This document shows positions 29,559-40,416 of a stretch of DNA of 64,000 bases, in pieces (positions within the stretch are counted from its first letter, which is position 1; the number at the start of each line of letters is the position of its first letter). The DNA is taken from the IMG/VR virus record IMGVR_UViG_3300023174_002543, positions 186,001 to 250,000 of that record; one strand, written 5' to 3'. Under the pieces are notes generated by a model. The model was not told the DNA's origin. It was given only the letters and a program-made list of their open reading frames with translations, and ran no database searches. Made by a program: the position numbers and the translations under genes.

Positions 29559-30399
29559 TGTTAACATCTTCAACTAATGAACCACATTCTGGACAAGTAT
29601 CCTCACCATCATCGTTAGATTTTGTGTCGGTCCAATCACCGGTCCATTTACACTCTGTACACTTCATGGGAACTACATCACTTGTCGCTACTAATTCATC
29701 AAACTCACGTTTCAATTCTTCTAATGCGTTTTCTAATTCTGTTTCATCGACCGGTTCTTCCTCACGACTATCCATCATTACCCAACCTTCATGGCAATCA
29801 GGACAATGATATTGCCCACTCAATTCAGGCAAGTCACTTTCTTTATGCATAGCACCACAACTAAAACAAGGAACTTCTTCCTCAGCGTCTTTGGCTTCTT
29901 TGGCCCATCGTGCGGAACGTTCATCAGATTCTTTTTTATCTTTGATGCCTGCTTCGGTTAACTCAGTGTCACTATCACACATTGGGCAAACTTTCTTTGG
30001 TTCATCAAGGTCTTTGCCATCACTGTCTTGCCATTGCCAATCAGCATCATAATTCTGACCAACCCATTTACATTTAGTACACTTGTGTGTTGGTTCGGGT
30101 GGAGAAGGTTCGTGATGGTAACTATCTTCATCACCATATTCGTAAGTAACCTCATACCCGCCTTTACGGTCAGTCCAACAATCATCATATTGGAATTCCC
30201 AATCTATTTCAATATCATTTTCCCAGGCTTCATTGATGATATCCTCAATATCAGCTTCACCATTTTCAAGTTGCTCTAACAAACTAGCAATTTCATCTTC
30301 ATCCATATCAGGATAAATTTCACTCAATATATCTTCATCAAGTTCATAAGTATATTGGCGGTCTGTGCTATGCCATTCATGTTTTACGATAGTTACCAT
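29551..30399 (-). CDS. Highly acidic protein with three CxxC...CxxC zinc ribbons
   Basis: CTKC/CPMC, CFSC/CPDC and CTEC/CPEC pairs. Confidence 0.7.
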   Translation of the reverse strand: MVTIVKHEWHSTDRQYTYELDEDILSEIYPDMDEDEIASLLEQLENGEADIEDIINEAWENDIEIDWEFQYDDCWTDRKGGYEVTYEYGDEDSYHHEPSPPEPTHKCTKCKWVGQNYDADWQWQDSDGKDLDEPKKVCPMCDSDTELTEAGIKDKKESDERSARWAKEAKDAEEEVPCFSCGAMHKESDLPELSGQYHCPDCHEGWVMMDSREEEPVDETELENALEELKREFDELVATSDVVPMKCTECKWTGDWTDTKSNDDGEDTCPECGSLVEDVNNG

Positions 30400-30424
30400 T
30401 TGTAATCCTTAAAAGTTTAACTTA

Positions 30425-31687
30425 TTATATGCTACTATTTAAATCTTGTACAGACAATCGGGAAAGAATTTCTTCTTGGGTATCCAAATCTTCTGGCTTA
30501 GTATGTAAGTCACATGCCGTATACAACCATCCAACACCCCTGCGTCTTCCTGGATTCCCGCAATTTTCACATGTCCTACTTGAAAATCCCTCAGCCATAC
30601 TTACCAAGCCTCTAATGTAGTCATCACCACCATTATAATAAAACCTCAATGTACCAAACTTTTCTTTAATTTGACTTGCAACTACTTGGTGTGGTGCTTC
30701 CGGAACTTGTCTTGGTTGATTTCTTTTAATTTCAAACTCTACGTTCTCATAAGTCTTTTCGTTTGGGCTATCTCCATAAGTAAAATATTTGACTAACCCA
30801 GATTTATCACCCTTCAGTGCCTTAGCCAGCAAACGATTATATTTTAATGCACGGACACGTTGATTACGTTTCCAATCAATATGATGTTGTATCTGATTAC
30901 ACAATAAATCTAATATGTTGTACCATCCTGTGCCACATTCAAAACCCCAACACATTGCGGTTTCTTGCATAGGTTTATATCTATCTCTAAAAATTTTAGG
31001 ATACTTTTTAACTAAGTCATCATCTAGTTTAGAATTCATTGGTTCTTCCTTCTTTTAACCTCATGTATTACGCGCCTTACATGGTCTACTATTTTGTTGT
31101 AATCTTCGGATCCTTCTACAGGCCAAGTTTTTTCTCTGAAATATTCACCCTCTGCGATAACTCCGATAAATGCCATAATCACACACATGAAAATCATCAT
31201 TGGTTGTGTATACACTATACCAAAAAATATACCTACTGTACTAACCGTATACAGTAGGTAAAATCCATATTGTATGAATTTATCTTTTTTATCCTTCATA
31301 CCTTATCTCTTGGTAGGCACTGATAACTTCGGTTAGCATTGATTGATTGTTTCATACGAACAACCATACATTCTTTTTTAGTATTAAAATAATCAACCAC
31401 GTCATATTCAACTTTAGCAATACCATTTATATTAGTCATAAAAATTGCAACTAATACCCACTCATTCATACAACACGTCCTAATCCTAACCAAATTAACT
31501 GCTCAAGTTCAGTTTGATAGTCCTGTCCAATCCTACGTTTTTGATAAATGGACTCTAGTATTTCTTTACCATCTCCATAGTCCGTGACTCCCGATCCACG
31601 TGACTCCAATTCTTCAATCAAATCATCGGTATCAAAGTCACCCAAGTCAACGTCAACTTCTACTTCTGTGTAAATTGTTTTATACAT
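30425..31687 (-). CDS. Four hypothetical proteins (30425-31039, 31036-31299, 31296-31469, 31466-31687)
   Basis: Coupled ORFs; the first has the QIKEKFG.LRFY and CENCG motifs common in phages. Confidence 0.6.
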
Positions 31688-33024
31688 TATTTGTCATCCC
31701 TAAATCTAACAAAGCGAGGGAAACGTAAACTATACGTACCATCACGATTTTGTGTAATCACATCGCACATGATTTCAGCAGTACGACCAATGATGTGATT
31801 AGTGTTAGCCCAAAACTCATCACGATCATCATCGCTAAAACCACTTCCCACATTGACGGAGATTTCTTTTCCGTCATCGAATCCCGAACAAACCAGTGCA
31901 CCAAGTCGTCCTTCATTTCTTCCAGTACCTTCTTCGACACCTATGACCTCCAAGTCTACAGTAATGACAGGCTTCCACTTCATCCAGTCTGTACTACGCT
32001 TACAGACATATGGCGCATCAACATTCTTAATCATAATGCCCTCGAATCCAAGATTCACTTGATCCTTAGCATATCGTTCTAATTGATTTTTACCTGCCGC
32101 TGTATCCAAATCAACCATGATATGTGGTAACAATTCAACATTAGGCATGTCATCAATGATACTACGCATATCTTCTAAAATGTTAATGCGTTTGTGTAGT
32201 TGTGCATTCCAATGACCTTCACGGAAAGCATCAATTGGTAGAATGTCAAATACATTAAACACACTATCCTCTGCTTGTACATCAGTCTTGCGGCGCGCCT
32301 GACGCATAAGTTCTTGGAATGTATTACCAATCACTTCACCATCCATCACAAAGCCCATGCTCAAGTTACTACTTGCGGCTTTATGTGTAAGTTTTACAAA
32401 GTTCTCACGTATTTGATTTTCAATATGACCAAAGTTGTCAAACTGTTTACCATTGCGACTGAAACAAATAGTGACAATATTGCCATCCTCATCAGGGATA
32501 GCTGTCAACAACACACGAACGCCGTCAAGTTTAGGCTCAAGACGTTTGATGCCTTTCATCTCTGGACGACCTTCACTATTAGTTGCTAGTTGACAACCAA
32601 AGATTGGTACTTCATATTCAGTACCTTTACAAATCTTATTGATTGTCTTATCACTGATACCTGCTCGTAAGTCTCTACGCAACACTGGTGCTAAGAATGT
32701 GTTCCATTCAATACTATCAAACCGCTCAGACATATTTTGTACAGCATCACGTGCCGCATGACCTGTCAATTTACGTTGGCTAAGTTGATACATCAACATA
32801 TTGAATTCATCCCAGGGATTTTCTGCGTCAACAATACCTACAGTATCGGGTACTTGACGAATACCAAATGTAACATAGGGATTATAACAGGCGTTGGTAA
32901 AACCCAAGAAAATTTGACTATTGCGACTGCCTAGGACACTTGCCTCAAGAGCCTGCAAAATTACATCTTCTTTATGAAGGCGACTATCGCTCTCGTTTAA
33001 TTTATTAATCCAACTTGCACTCAT
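31687..33024 (-). CDS. ATP-dependent DNA ligase
   Basis: EPKLDGVR, DGE, FD, EGIMIK, W.K.KP and SLRFPRF motifs. Confidence 0.95.
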   Translation of the reverse strand: MSASWINKLNESDSRLHKEDVILQALEASVLGSRNSQIFLGFTNACYNPYVTFGIRQVPDTVGIVDAENPWDEFNMLMYQLSQRKLTGHAARDAVQNMSERFDSIEWNTFLAPVLRRDLRAGISDKTINKICKGTEYEVPIFGCQLATNSEGRPEMKGIKRLEPKLDGVRVLLTAIPDEDGNIVTICFSRNGKQFDNFGHIENQIRENFVKLTHKAASSNLSMGFVMDGEVIGNTFQELMRQARRKTDVQAEDSVFNVFDILPIDAFREGHWNAQLHKRINILEDMRSIIDDMPNVELLPHIMVDLDTAAGKNQLERYAKDQVNLGFEGIMIKNVDAPYVCKRSTDWMKWKPVITVDLEVIGVEEGTGRNEGRLGALVCSGFDDGKEISVNVGSGFSDDDRDEFWANTNHIIGRTAEIMCDVITQNRDGTYSLRFPRFVRFRDDK

Positions 33025-33033
33025 TTATATCTC

Positions 33034-33210
33034 CTATGCCATTTTGTCAATGTTACTACCTTTGTCAAGGTCTTGCGGTCTAATTTGTTCTAATTCACGT
33101 TGTCTATCTTTGATAACTTTAATCTGTTGTTGTTTAATTGTTTCTTGATGGGCAAGTTTCTGTAACTCAATTTTATGAGCCATTGCTGGATTAATTCTAT
33201 CAACCTTCAT
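33034..33210 (-). CDS. 58-aa protein MKVDRINP...KGSNIDKMA (not in the ORF track)
   Basis: AGGAG RBS; manual translation. Confidence 0.55.
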   Translation of the reverse strand: MKVDRINPAMAHKIELQKLAHQETIKQQQIKVIKDRQRELEQIRPQDLDKGSNIDKMA

Positions 33211-33260
33211 CTATGTCACTCCTATGTTATAGTCAGTGTCAAAATAAAGCAGATAGGTTT

Positions 33261-34055
33261 TCATTTTGGCATCATCAATGCATTGAAGTTTGAAGGAACA
33301 ACAATAGTCTGTACTTGACCGTTCTTGATACCTTCACTGATATTCAACATGGCTTGTGCTTGCATGAATGCAATACTAGCACCTGAGTTATTAGCCAATG
33401 CTGCCATTCTGCGACTTTCTGCTTCGGCAGTTTTTACTTCAACTTCCTTTTGCTTGAGTTCGTTTTTGCTACGAACCAATGCATTTGCAGATTCAACCAC
33501 TGTATCGCTAGGCAACACATTACGAATCATCACTTGACTGATTGTGATACTGCCATCTAGTTTTTCTTCGGCAAGATTGCGAGTAATCTCATCCTTGATG
33601 TAGTTCTCCATGTCAGTGCGATTGTCTGCCATGTCCAGTGCTTCGTGCTTGCGGGCTGATTTGTAAATAGCATTGCGGGCATTTTGCACAATGTAGTTAT
33701 ACATCACATAAGTGTCACCACGAAACTCAGCGTGAAAACTCTTGTTCTTGGTTGCGTACAACTCACTTACTTGTTGTGGGTTGATGTTGTAAACAACTAC
33801 AGCATCAAAGTCTTTCATTGTAGAATTGTCTTTAGCAACAGGAGTCATGTTCTCCAATGTCACATTAACGTCCTTGATAGGGAATGTAAGCACATCACCG
33901 ATCAATGTTTGATTGAATGATCCGGGCATCAATTCACCTGGCTGAACCTGTCTATCAAAGCCAACTCGCACGCCAACTTCACCTGTTTCAATACGTGTAC
34001 AACCTGTTGCCAAAACTGCAGCAGCAAGAATAGAGAGGGTGAAAATACGTTTCAT
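33261..34055 (-). CDS. SPFH/band-7 lipoprotein
   Basis: Lipobox ATGC, RIETGEVGV, coiled-coil C-terminus. Confidence 0.85.
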   Translation of the reverse strand: MKRIFTLSILAAAVLATGCTRIETGEVGVRVGFDRQVQPGELMPGSFNQTLIGDVLTFPIKDVNVTLENMTPVAKDNSTMKDFDAVVVYNINPQQVSELYATKNKSFHAEFRGDTYVMYNYIVQNARNAIYKSARKHEALDMADNRTDMENYIKDEITRNLAEEKLDGSITISQVMIRNVLPSDTVVESANALVRSKNELKQKEVEVKTAEAESRRMAALANNSGASIAFMQAQAMLNISEGIKNGQVQTIVVPSNFNALMMPK

Positions 34056-34064
34056 TATGTTTCC

Positions 34065-35055
34065 TTAAAATAAAATAACAATCAACATTAACAGCACTAT
34101 TGCTGTCAATGCACATAGTATACTATAACCAAGCAATTTTGTCAATGCCCATTTGTCTTTCCCGGACAAATCCCTGTAGCCTTTTATGCCAAAATAAAAC
34201 ACGAAAAACACAAACAAAAATGCCAATATAATTTTAATCATTCTTCAACTCCAAATGTATTTTTAAAATCTTTAACGCAAAACAATATACTGTTAGCATT
34301 TTGTTTAGTAACCTCTGATTGAAGTTCATGTTGAAAAGCCACGCATTGACTAAAAGTATCATGCTTGCCCAATTCACCTAGAGGGAAAGACTGCTCAAAG
34401 GGTTCAAACAAAACTAAAATCAATGACCACATGATATTACCAGCTACTGTTGTAAAAGACTTTCAATCCTAAAAATATTTCTGCTTTGGCTTCAATACAG
34501 AATTTTAAATCATCGTGATAATAAATGTTATCTGCAGGATTACCAAAAAAGAAACCTGTTGTATTAGGCAAATGTCTTTTCTTAATGTCTTTTTCAAGCC
34601 TACTAATATCTTCCCATGATAATTCAAGTTCAATACCATTGAAGGTTTTAGTACCACCTTTTTCACGATATAGATTTTCCATCCAGCCATGTAGGTTAGG
34701 ATGCTTACGCCAATATGCTAATTCACGCGGTTTGGTTATAGTGCTTGAATCTTTTTCCCAATCATAGTTTTCATAATATTCTTTCATCTTGTCGGCTTTA
34801 GAGGCGACATAAGCATACATATCTAAACCCATATTAATCTCCAAAAACTAAAATTATAATTGCTAAAAATAATGACCAGCCAAGATGACCTAGCATCAAC
34901 AACATGAGTACACCAATCCAAGCCATTTATTTTGCCTGCTCAATCGCAATTGCTTTTGTTTTCTCAATACTGTTGTCCACCATTTTAGCAATACCGCTAA
35001 AACCTACGGTAGCGACTACAATACCAAAAACTGTACCAATGATAAAAGTCTTCAT
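34065..35055 (-). CDS. Cluster of small early ORFs (34065-34241 membrane, 34238-34432, 34437-34832, 34927-35055)
   Basis: 34437-34832 has the MGLDMY...YWRK...Y.SSW phage motif; others are from manual translation. Confidence 0.55.
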
Positions 35056-35108
35056 ACGAACTCCTGTGTGTAAAGATGATTATAGTATACTATATTGCGT
35101 AATATATG

Positions 35109-35762
35109 TCAAGTTAATTTGACCCGACTCAATTGGGTACTATTGTCACGGTGTGCTTTAACAGTACCATTGACAATGATATTTTGTCCAACTGGGATAC
35201 TTTCTTTGTAAGAAAAAAACACTACCTCATCTGCGGGTGTAACTCCGGTAATAAAATTCACATTATATCTATGTGAGAAAATAGATTTTAGTACTTCCAA
35301 TTTAATTAGTGTAGCCTTTAATCCGGGCTTGCTAATGTAGCCACCTTGTGCAAATTTAATACGTTGGTCAACATTATCCCGTGCAACCGCACGTACATAA
35401 GAATTGGGCAAACTTGCAATAACTGCTAGGTCAAAGTTTTCGGTGATAACATCACGATTGCTAATCAACATAACATTATTATCAAAGTCATTAAGTTTGA
35501 TACCTTTAAGAACCTTGAATGTAAGACCTTGATAATATTGACGAACCTTTTTACCTTGCTCACGGTTTTCATCAGTAATTTGGGTAGTATCTTCCATCAA
35601 TGATACTATGATTTCACGATTAGCACGTGTACCATTCGTAAGTTGGTCGCTAGTTAATTCATTTAATTTTATATAACTGCCGTTAACTTGTTGAGCCTGA
35701 CATGCTGCGGCCCAAACATCATTGGCATTATAATTCAGTACAGGTTTTTTATGTACAGCCAT
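35109..35762 (-). CDS. Hypothetical protein with a C-terminal OB-fold-like region
   Basis: GTVKAH...TQLSRVK ending. Confidence 0.6.
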   Translation of the reverse strand: MAVHKKPVLNYNANDVWAAACQAQQVNGSYIKLNELTSDQLTNGTRANREIIVSLMEDTTQITDENREQGKKVRQYYQGLTFKVLKGIKLNDFDNNVMLISNRDVITENFDLAVIASLPNSYVRAVARDNVDQRIKFAQGGYISKPGLKATLIKLEVLKSIFSHRYNVNFITGVTPADEVVFFSYKESIPVGQNIIVNGTVKAHRDNSTQLSRVKLT

Positions 35763-36238
35763 TATACAGTCTCCACTTGTTTCAATGCAAACTCTAAACT
35801 AACCAATTCAGTCATGTCGCCGCTAGTAACATACCAAACATCGTCACGCATGATGTACATAAACTCACAACCCATATCTTGGTAGTATTCAACTGCCTCA
35901 GAAAATTTAGTAAATGTTTTATAGCCTTGGTCTTCTTCGCCGCGGTCACGACCATAGAATGTAGACCAACCTTTAGATTCTGCTTCCTCATACAAAGCAA
36001 TAAGGGCATCAACGTCGGGCGACTTGTCGTTGATTTCAAATTTGCTAAATGGGTGTTGTTCGCCGATATTAGGACGCAAACTAGAAAGATTACCAAGTGC
36101 TACCAGATAATTTGCTTTGGGACTATCATAATGCTTTTGCAAAATTTCACCATTGTGTTCCAAGTAACCGTCCCAATGACAGTATACCATTTTGCAGTTA
36201 TCACCATGCATCACACCAATTGCTGAACGTGTAGCCAT
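35762..36238 (-). CDS. Conserved early phage protein
   Basis: MATRS.IG...YCHWDGY...G..L motif. Confidence 0.7.
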   Translation of the reverse strand: MATRSAIGVMHGDNCKMVYCHWDGYLEHNGEILQKHYDSPKANYLVALGNLSSLRPNIGEQHPFSKFEINDKSPDVDALIALYEEAESKGWSTFYGRDRGEEDQGYKTFTKFSEAVEYYQDMGCEFMYIMRDDVWYVTSGDMTELVSLEFALKQVETV

Positions 36239-36245
36239 TTGCAAA

Positions 36246-38752
36246 CTCCTTTAATTAACTGATTAAGACTCTATTATATACCCAAAGTGATTTATTGTCA
36301 ACCTTTTTCGACCACGGTCAAATCGTTGACCCACTCTAGTTCCATCAATGCATCTTCCTCATTATCAAACCCTACCGCATCATGTCCTGATGCATAGTGT
36401 TTAATGTAGAATTTTCCGTTGCCCGGGCTTGCCTCAGTATCGATACCAACTTCACCGACACCTTCAACTATTCTAACAATGAAATCCATGTTATACTCCT
36501 ACTCTATACGTATTATAATTACGGATTTTGCTTTGGCGATTAGTATGGCTTTCGTTGAAACGGATTTCATAGCCACGTTCACGCAGGGCAGTAATCAATA
36601 CTGACAAATCACAATCCTCTTCCAAGAAAGCATTCTCACCTTTTTGATAACTATAAGTAGAGATTTTATCAGCGATACCAAGTTTCACCAATTTGGACTT
36701 AGCAATACGTGCCCAAGCATGACCTGGATCTGCAAAAACTTTGATAGAGATTTTTTTAGTCATTTGTACTCCTTAGACCAAATCAACTTGTACTTGTTTG
36801 CCACGGAAAGTGTCACCGAGACCTGTTGGAATCGTTTCGTTTTTGCGTTTGGCTTCATAACGCAAATAAGACAATTTAATCATTGCGTCCCAGCAAAGTG
36901 AGCGGGCGTTAACTGTAGCAAATTGCTCGGTCATTTGCTGGATTGTCATATAAAAACCAACGTCATTTTCACTACCGTCACCCTTGAAAATGATACGGAA
37001 TTTTTGTGAATTTTTGAAACCGTCAATGATAGTTTTTGTACGCATTTTGTAGTCCTTTTCTTTACTGTCTAAGATTCTATTATATACCCAAATCCATTTA
37101 TTGTCAAGCCATTTTGTATGATTTTATGAATTCAGGACCAACATCTAGACTAACAAAAGTATCACCTTGCATACCTTGCTCAGAATAAGAAACATCAGTA
37201 CCTAATTCTAGTCTAGAAAGTAATACTTTTACATTACTTAAAAATTCTTTATCCGTATAGATGAGGCCGTAAACATTCACATTCCAAGTATCAGGGCTAA
37301 AGTGTACCCTTAGTTCACCAAACTCCCAATCATCAGATGTATACGAAAGTTCTAATCCGGTAACTAGTACTGTTTTAGCCAGGTTAGACCAATAACCAGA
37401 ACCATCTGTACTCAACTTTGTATTAACTTTAATCATTAATTGCTCCAAAAAGATTCGCTAGAGGGTGAACAGAAATACGGGGTATCATACCGTTCCTTGT
37501 ATGTCTTACCAGTCATTAAATTTTGCTTAATTTCATAAGTTTGGAACATCTCAACAATGAAGCCCAACTTGCGTTTTGATTCAGCAACAGCCTCGATATA
37601 GTCTTTAGTAGAAGGGGCAAAATCTTCTTTTTTAATAAGACGTTTACCTTCTTTGACACGTTTGTCAGATTTGTAAATTTCAAGTGTGTAGCAAAGCATT
37701 TGTGACATTTGTGTTCCTTTAATCAATCAATACAAGTATTATATACCCAAATCCATTTATTGTCAACCTCAGGCCGCTTTTCTAAAGTAATTATAGGGCA
37801 ATCCCTGAGTAAAGCAAAAGTATTCATAATCACCGTTAGCACCCTCAGCATCCATCAACCAAGCAATCACACGTTCACGATTGGTACCAGTGTGCATGAG
37901 GTTAGTAATAGTATCCTCAAACTTAGCAATAGCCGCTGCCTCAGCAATTTTACGTTGGGCATCCTCTTGTTCAATAGCAGTAGCCAATGAAGCAAACTCT
38001 GCTTCAAATACCTCAAGGGTCCAACCAGAAGTGTCAACACCGCGAGGGCGAACGCCATAAGCATCCTTGTACATATCCCAATATGTGCATTGGGCTTGTT
38101 CCAACTCAGACATTTCTTCCCAAGATTTGAATTCGTTTGACATTTTGTACTCCTTTAATCAACTAACTAAGACTCTATTATATACCCAAATCCATTTATT
38201 GTCAAGTTTTGGATTTCTCAGCACCGACGATTTCCCAATGATTTCCGTCACATTTGACAAAAATCTTACGACCGAAAACTGTCACAAAACCATACTCACC
38301 GTCTTGGTAGACGTTGACCGGATCAGGGATAATGGTCACCGTGCGGGGTGTCTCACAGTAATCCCAACGCCTAGTAGGAAGTTTGTTTTTGAAATACATG
38401 TAATTCTGACTACCTGTAACAAAAAGTTTTACCTTCATAACTAGCTCCTTTAATCAATCAATACAAGTATTATATACCCAAACCGATTTATTGTCAAATT
38501 TTGGGTTGTTGTTATTCTGCAACAGGAGCAAACATTTTTGCGCCCTCAACCATAAATATCCTATACGCTTGCATGGTCTTTTCGCTATAGACCATTCGAC
38601 CGTCTTTTTGAATGTCAGCTAAAAGTTCTAATAGACCTAGACCCAAAAATTCTTGTTCTTTTTTAAGTTGGGCTATTGCAGTTTCAATTTTCATAACAAC
38701 TCCTTTAATCAATCAATACATGTATTATATGCCCAAAATGATTTATTGTCAA
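36246..38752 (-). repeat. Six dispersed ~55-bp direct repeats, each a consensus sigma70 promoter plus RBS
   Basis: Copies at about 36246-36301, 37053-37107, 37715-37766, 38150-38205, 38445-38497 and 38700-38752. Consensus TTGACAATAAAT..(T)TTTGGG(T/C)ATATAATA...AAAGGA, with a 17-nt spacer in all. Confidence 0.92.
36298..38694 (-). CDS. Eight small early ORFs between the repeats (36298-36489, 36491-36763, 36773-37045, 37104-37436, 37436-37708, 37769-38143, 38202-38438, 38512-38694)
   Basis: Each follows a repeat RBS or is coupled to the previous ORF; 36491-36763 has DPGHAW...LEEDCD. Confidence 0.7.
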
Positions 38753-38759
38753 GCCGTGG

Positions 38760-38784
38760 AAAAGCCCCGACTAGCAGGGCTTTT
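38760..38784 (-). terminator. Intrinsic terminator upstream of the early cassette array
   Basis: AAAAGCCC-N9-GGGCTTTT. Confidence 0.65.
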
Positions 38785-38797
38785 GAAACTAAAAGTA

Positions 38798-39070
38798 TTA
38801 CTTTTTAGTTGTAGTACTTTGATTTACAAAACCATACATTTTTTCTGCGGTTTCTAAAATCTGCTCTAATCCAGGAAACTCTGGTGCGGCAACTGAATTA
38901 ACAAGTTGTCCTGTTGCAGGATCTTTCTTTGCAGTTAGTTCCCAACCAGCAAATTTCATGCTGTATTCTTTTTCTACAAAATCTTTAGCCATTCCAAGAA
39001 CATCGCTGCGAATTTCGTATCCGTTTTTACTGAATTTTACTTCAGGCATTTTTGGTGTAAAATCTGACAT
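38798..39070 (-). CDS. Conserved hypothetical protein
   Basis: KNGYEIR..L.MAK motif; own TTGACT-N17-TATAAT and AGGAG. Confidence 0.65.
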   Translation of the reverse strand: MSDFTPKMPEVKFSKNGYEIRSDVLGMAKDFVEKEYSMKFAGWELTAKKDPATGQLVNSVAAPEFPGLEQILETAEKMYGFVNQSTTTKK

Positions 39071-39215
39071 ATTGTCTCCTGTGTTTGTGTGTAAATTATA
39101 TAGCCATTAAGATTGAAAGTCAATCTAGTTTGGGTTTATCTACCCTTTAAACTAGAATCGTTTCTATGTTTTTTAATAGCTTGGATGGCTTCTAAGATGC
39201 TTAGAATAAATTTTT

Positions 39216-39401
39216 TCATAGTATACCTCTAGATATTTTCATGTTGTATTCAACTGTAAGACGTTCCACATCACCTGAATGTTGTGGGTTACGCTCAGTA
39301 ATATATTGTTCTAAACTAGAACCATATGAAGTGTCGTTTGAAATTTTGGCAACTTTATAACCGGCATAAGCCAATGCTACAATAAGTAGAGTTATTAACA
39401 T
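39216..39401 (-). CDS. Small protein (DUF3563-like)
   Basis: LE.YI..RNPQ...DVE.L motif. Confidence 0.5.
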   Translation of the reverse strand: MLITLLIVALAYAGYKVAKISNDTSYGSSLEQYITERNPQHSGDVERLTVEYNMKISRGIL

Positions 39402-39402
39402 A

Positions 39403-39690
39403 TTACTTTGTTTTCTTGCTTGCAGCTTTAGCAGGTGCTGTTGGTGCGAATTTATCTAAACCATATGCTGAAATAAGGTCTTTAACAAAGTCTTTCTTTG
39501 TAACAAGTGTACCAAAATTCAACATTGTTTCAATGTTTGTGTCTAATACTGATTTAGTGTATTCTGTTTGGGCTTGAACGAATTTAGTCATCGTTTCTGC
39601 TAGACCTTCGTGTTTAACGAAAGCTGAAACGAATTGTAGTTTACCCTTTTGTACCGCATCAACGGCATCGTGTGTGAAAGATTGAATCAT
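39403..39690 (-). CDS. Phasin-like amphipathic helical protein
   Basis: D.VQ..K..FV..FV.......FV.AQT.YTK pattern; AGGAG RBS. Confidence 0.5.
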   Translation of the reverse strand: MIQSFTHDAVDAVQKGKLQFVSAFVKHEGLAETMTKFVQAQTEYTKSVLDTNIETMLNFGTLVTKKDFVKDLISAYGLDKFAPTAPAKAASKKTK

Positions 39691-39962
39691 AATTTTCTCC
39701 TATGTGTGTGTATGATTTTGGGTTTTTATACAGAACCCATAACTGCACAAGTATTTATGCCTGTGAATTTTTATTATAACATACTTCTCTGTATTTGTGT
39801 AGAGCCTTGACTCTAATTAGAGCCAATCGTATTGTTACATAATCTGATAACGGTTCATCATCAATTTCATGATGGACTATCTTCGGGCGATCAAACCCTC
39901 TTTGTAAGTCTAGTTCGTCTGGTCCGGGCGGACCGTTACCTTCATCATCAATGTCAAATATT

Positions 39963-40172
39963 TTATTTGGATGCCTTACTATCTTTAGCAGGTTTCTTTG
40001 CGTCCTTGGCAGTGCTAGAACTTTTACTGGGACTTTTGGTGGTGTCCACCTTTGCATCCTTACTGTGGTCTTTTTTCTTTGCCAATTTAACACCCGAATC
40101 AGTTACGGTTGGTTCATTTGCATATGCTACGAATGTGAATGTTGCTAGAATGATTGCGATAAGTTGTTTCAT
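39963..40172 (-). CDS. Small secreted Lys-rich protein
   Basis: Signal peptide ending AYA; low-complexity K/D/S tail. Confidence 0.6.
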   Translation of the reverse strand: MKQLIAIILATFTFVAYANEPTVTDSGVKLAKKKDHSKDAKVDTTKSPSKSSSTAKDAKKPAKDSKASK

Positions 40173-40239
40173 TTTATGTTCCTTTAAAAATATTACTCAT
40201 ATATATAACGCGGTAGCCCGCGTTATCGTTGACAAGTAT

Positions 40240-40416
40240 TTATCCGCCTCTACCACTTCGTCTTACTACACTAGCACCACCGAATCCCTTTGTATTTGCT
40301 TTTGGCCCTTGTTTCTTTGGTGCTTTACCTAATCCAGGATGCTCGCCTTGATTTTTCTTTTTAGCATCGTTAGCCATATTGATGAATGGGTTCTTGCTTT
40401 TCTTTTCTTCTGTCAT
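40240..40416 (-). CDS. 58-aa basic Gly-rich protein (not in the ORF track)
   Basis: MTEEKKSKNPF...VVRRSGRGG; coupled to the upstream stop. Confidence 0.55.
   Translation of the reverse strand: MTEEKKSKNPFINMANDAKKKNQGEHPGLGKAPKKQGPKANTKGFGGASVVRRSGRGG

Noticed and set aside
36246-38752. Repeats interpreted as a CRISPR array or attC sites
   Set aside because: Spacing is 250-800 bp with whole ORFs between copies. The repeats are non-palindromic promoters, and no cas or integrase gene is present.
39755-40093. 112-aa ORF as annotated in the track
   Set aside because: Its 5' half overlaps the better-supported 39963-40172 gene. Only the 3' part may be coding and I could not fix a start.
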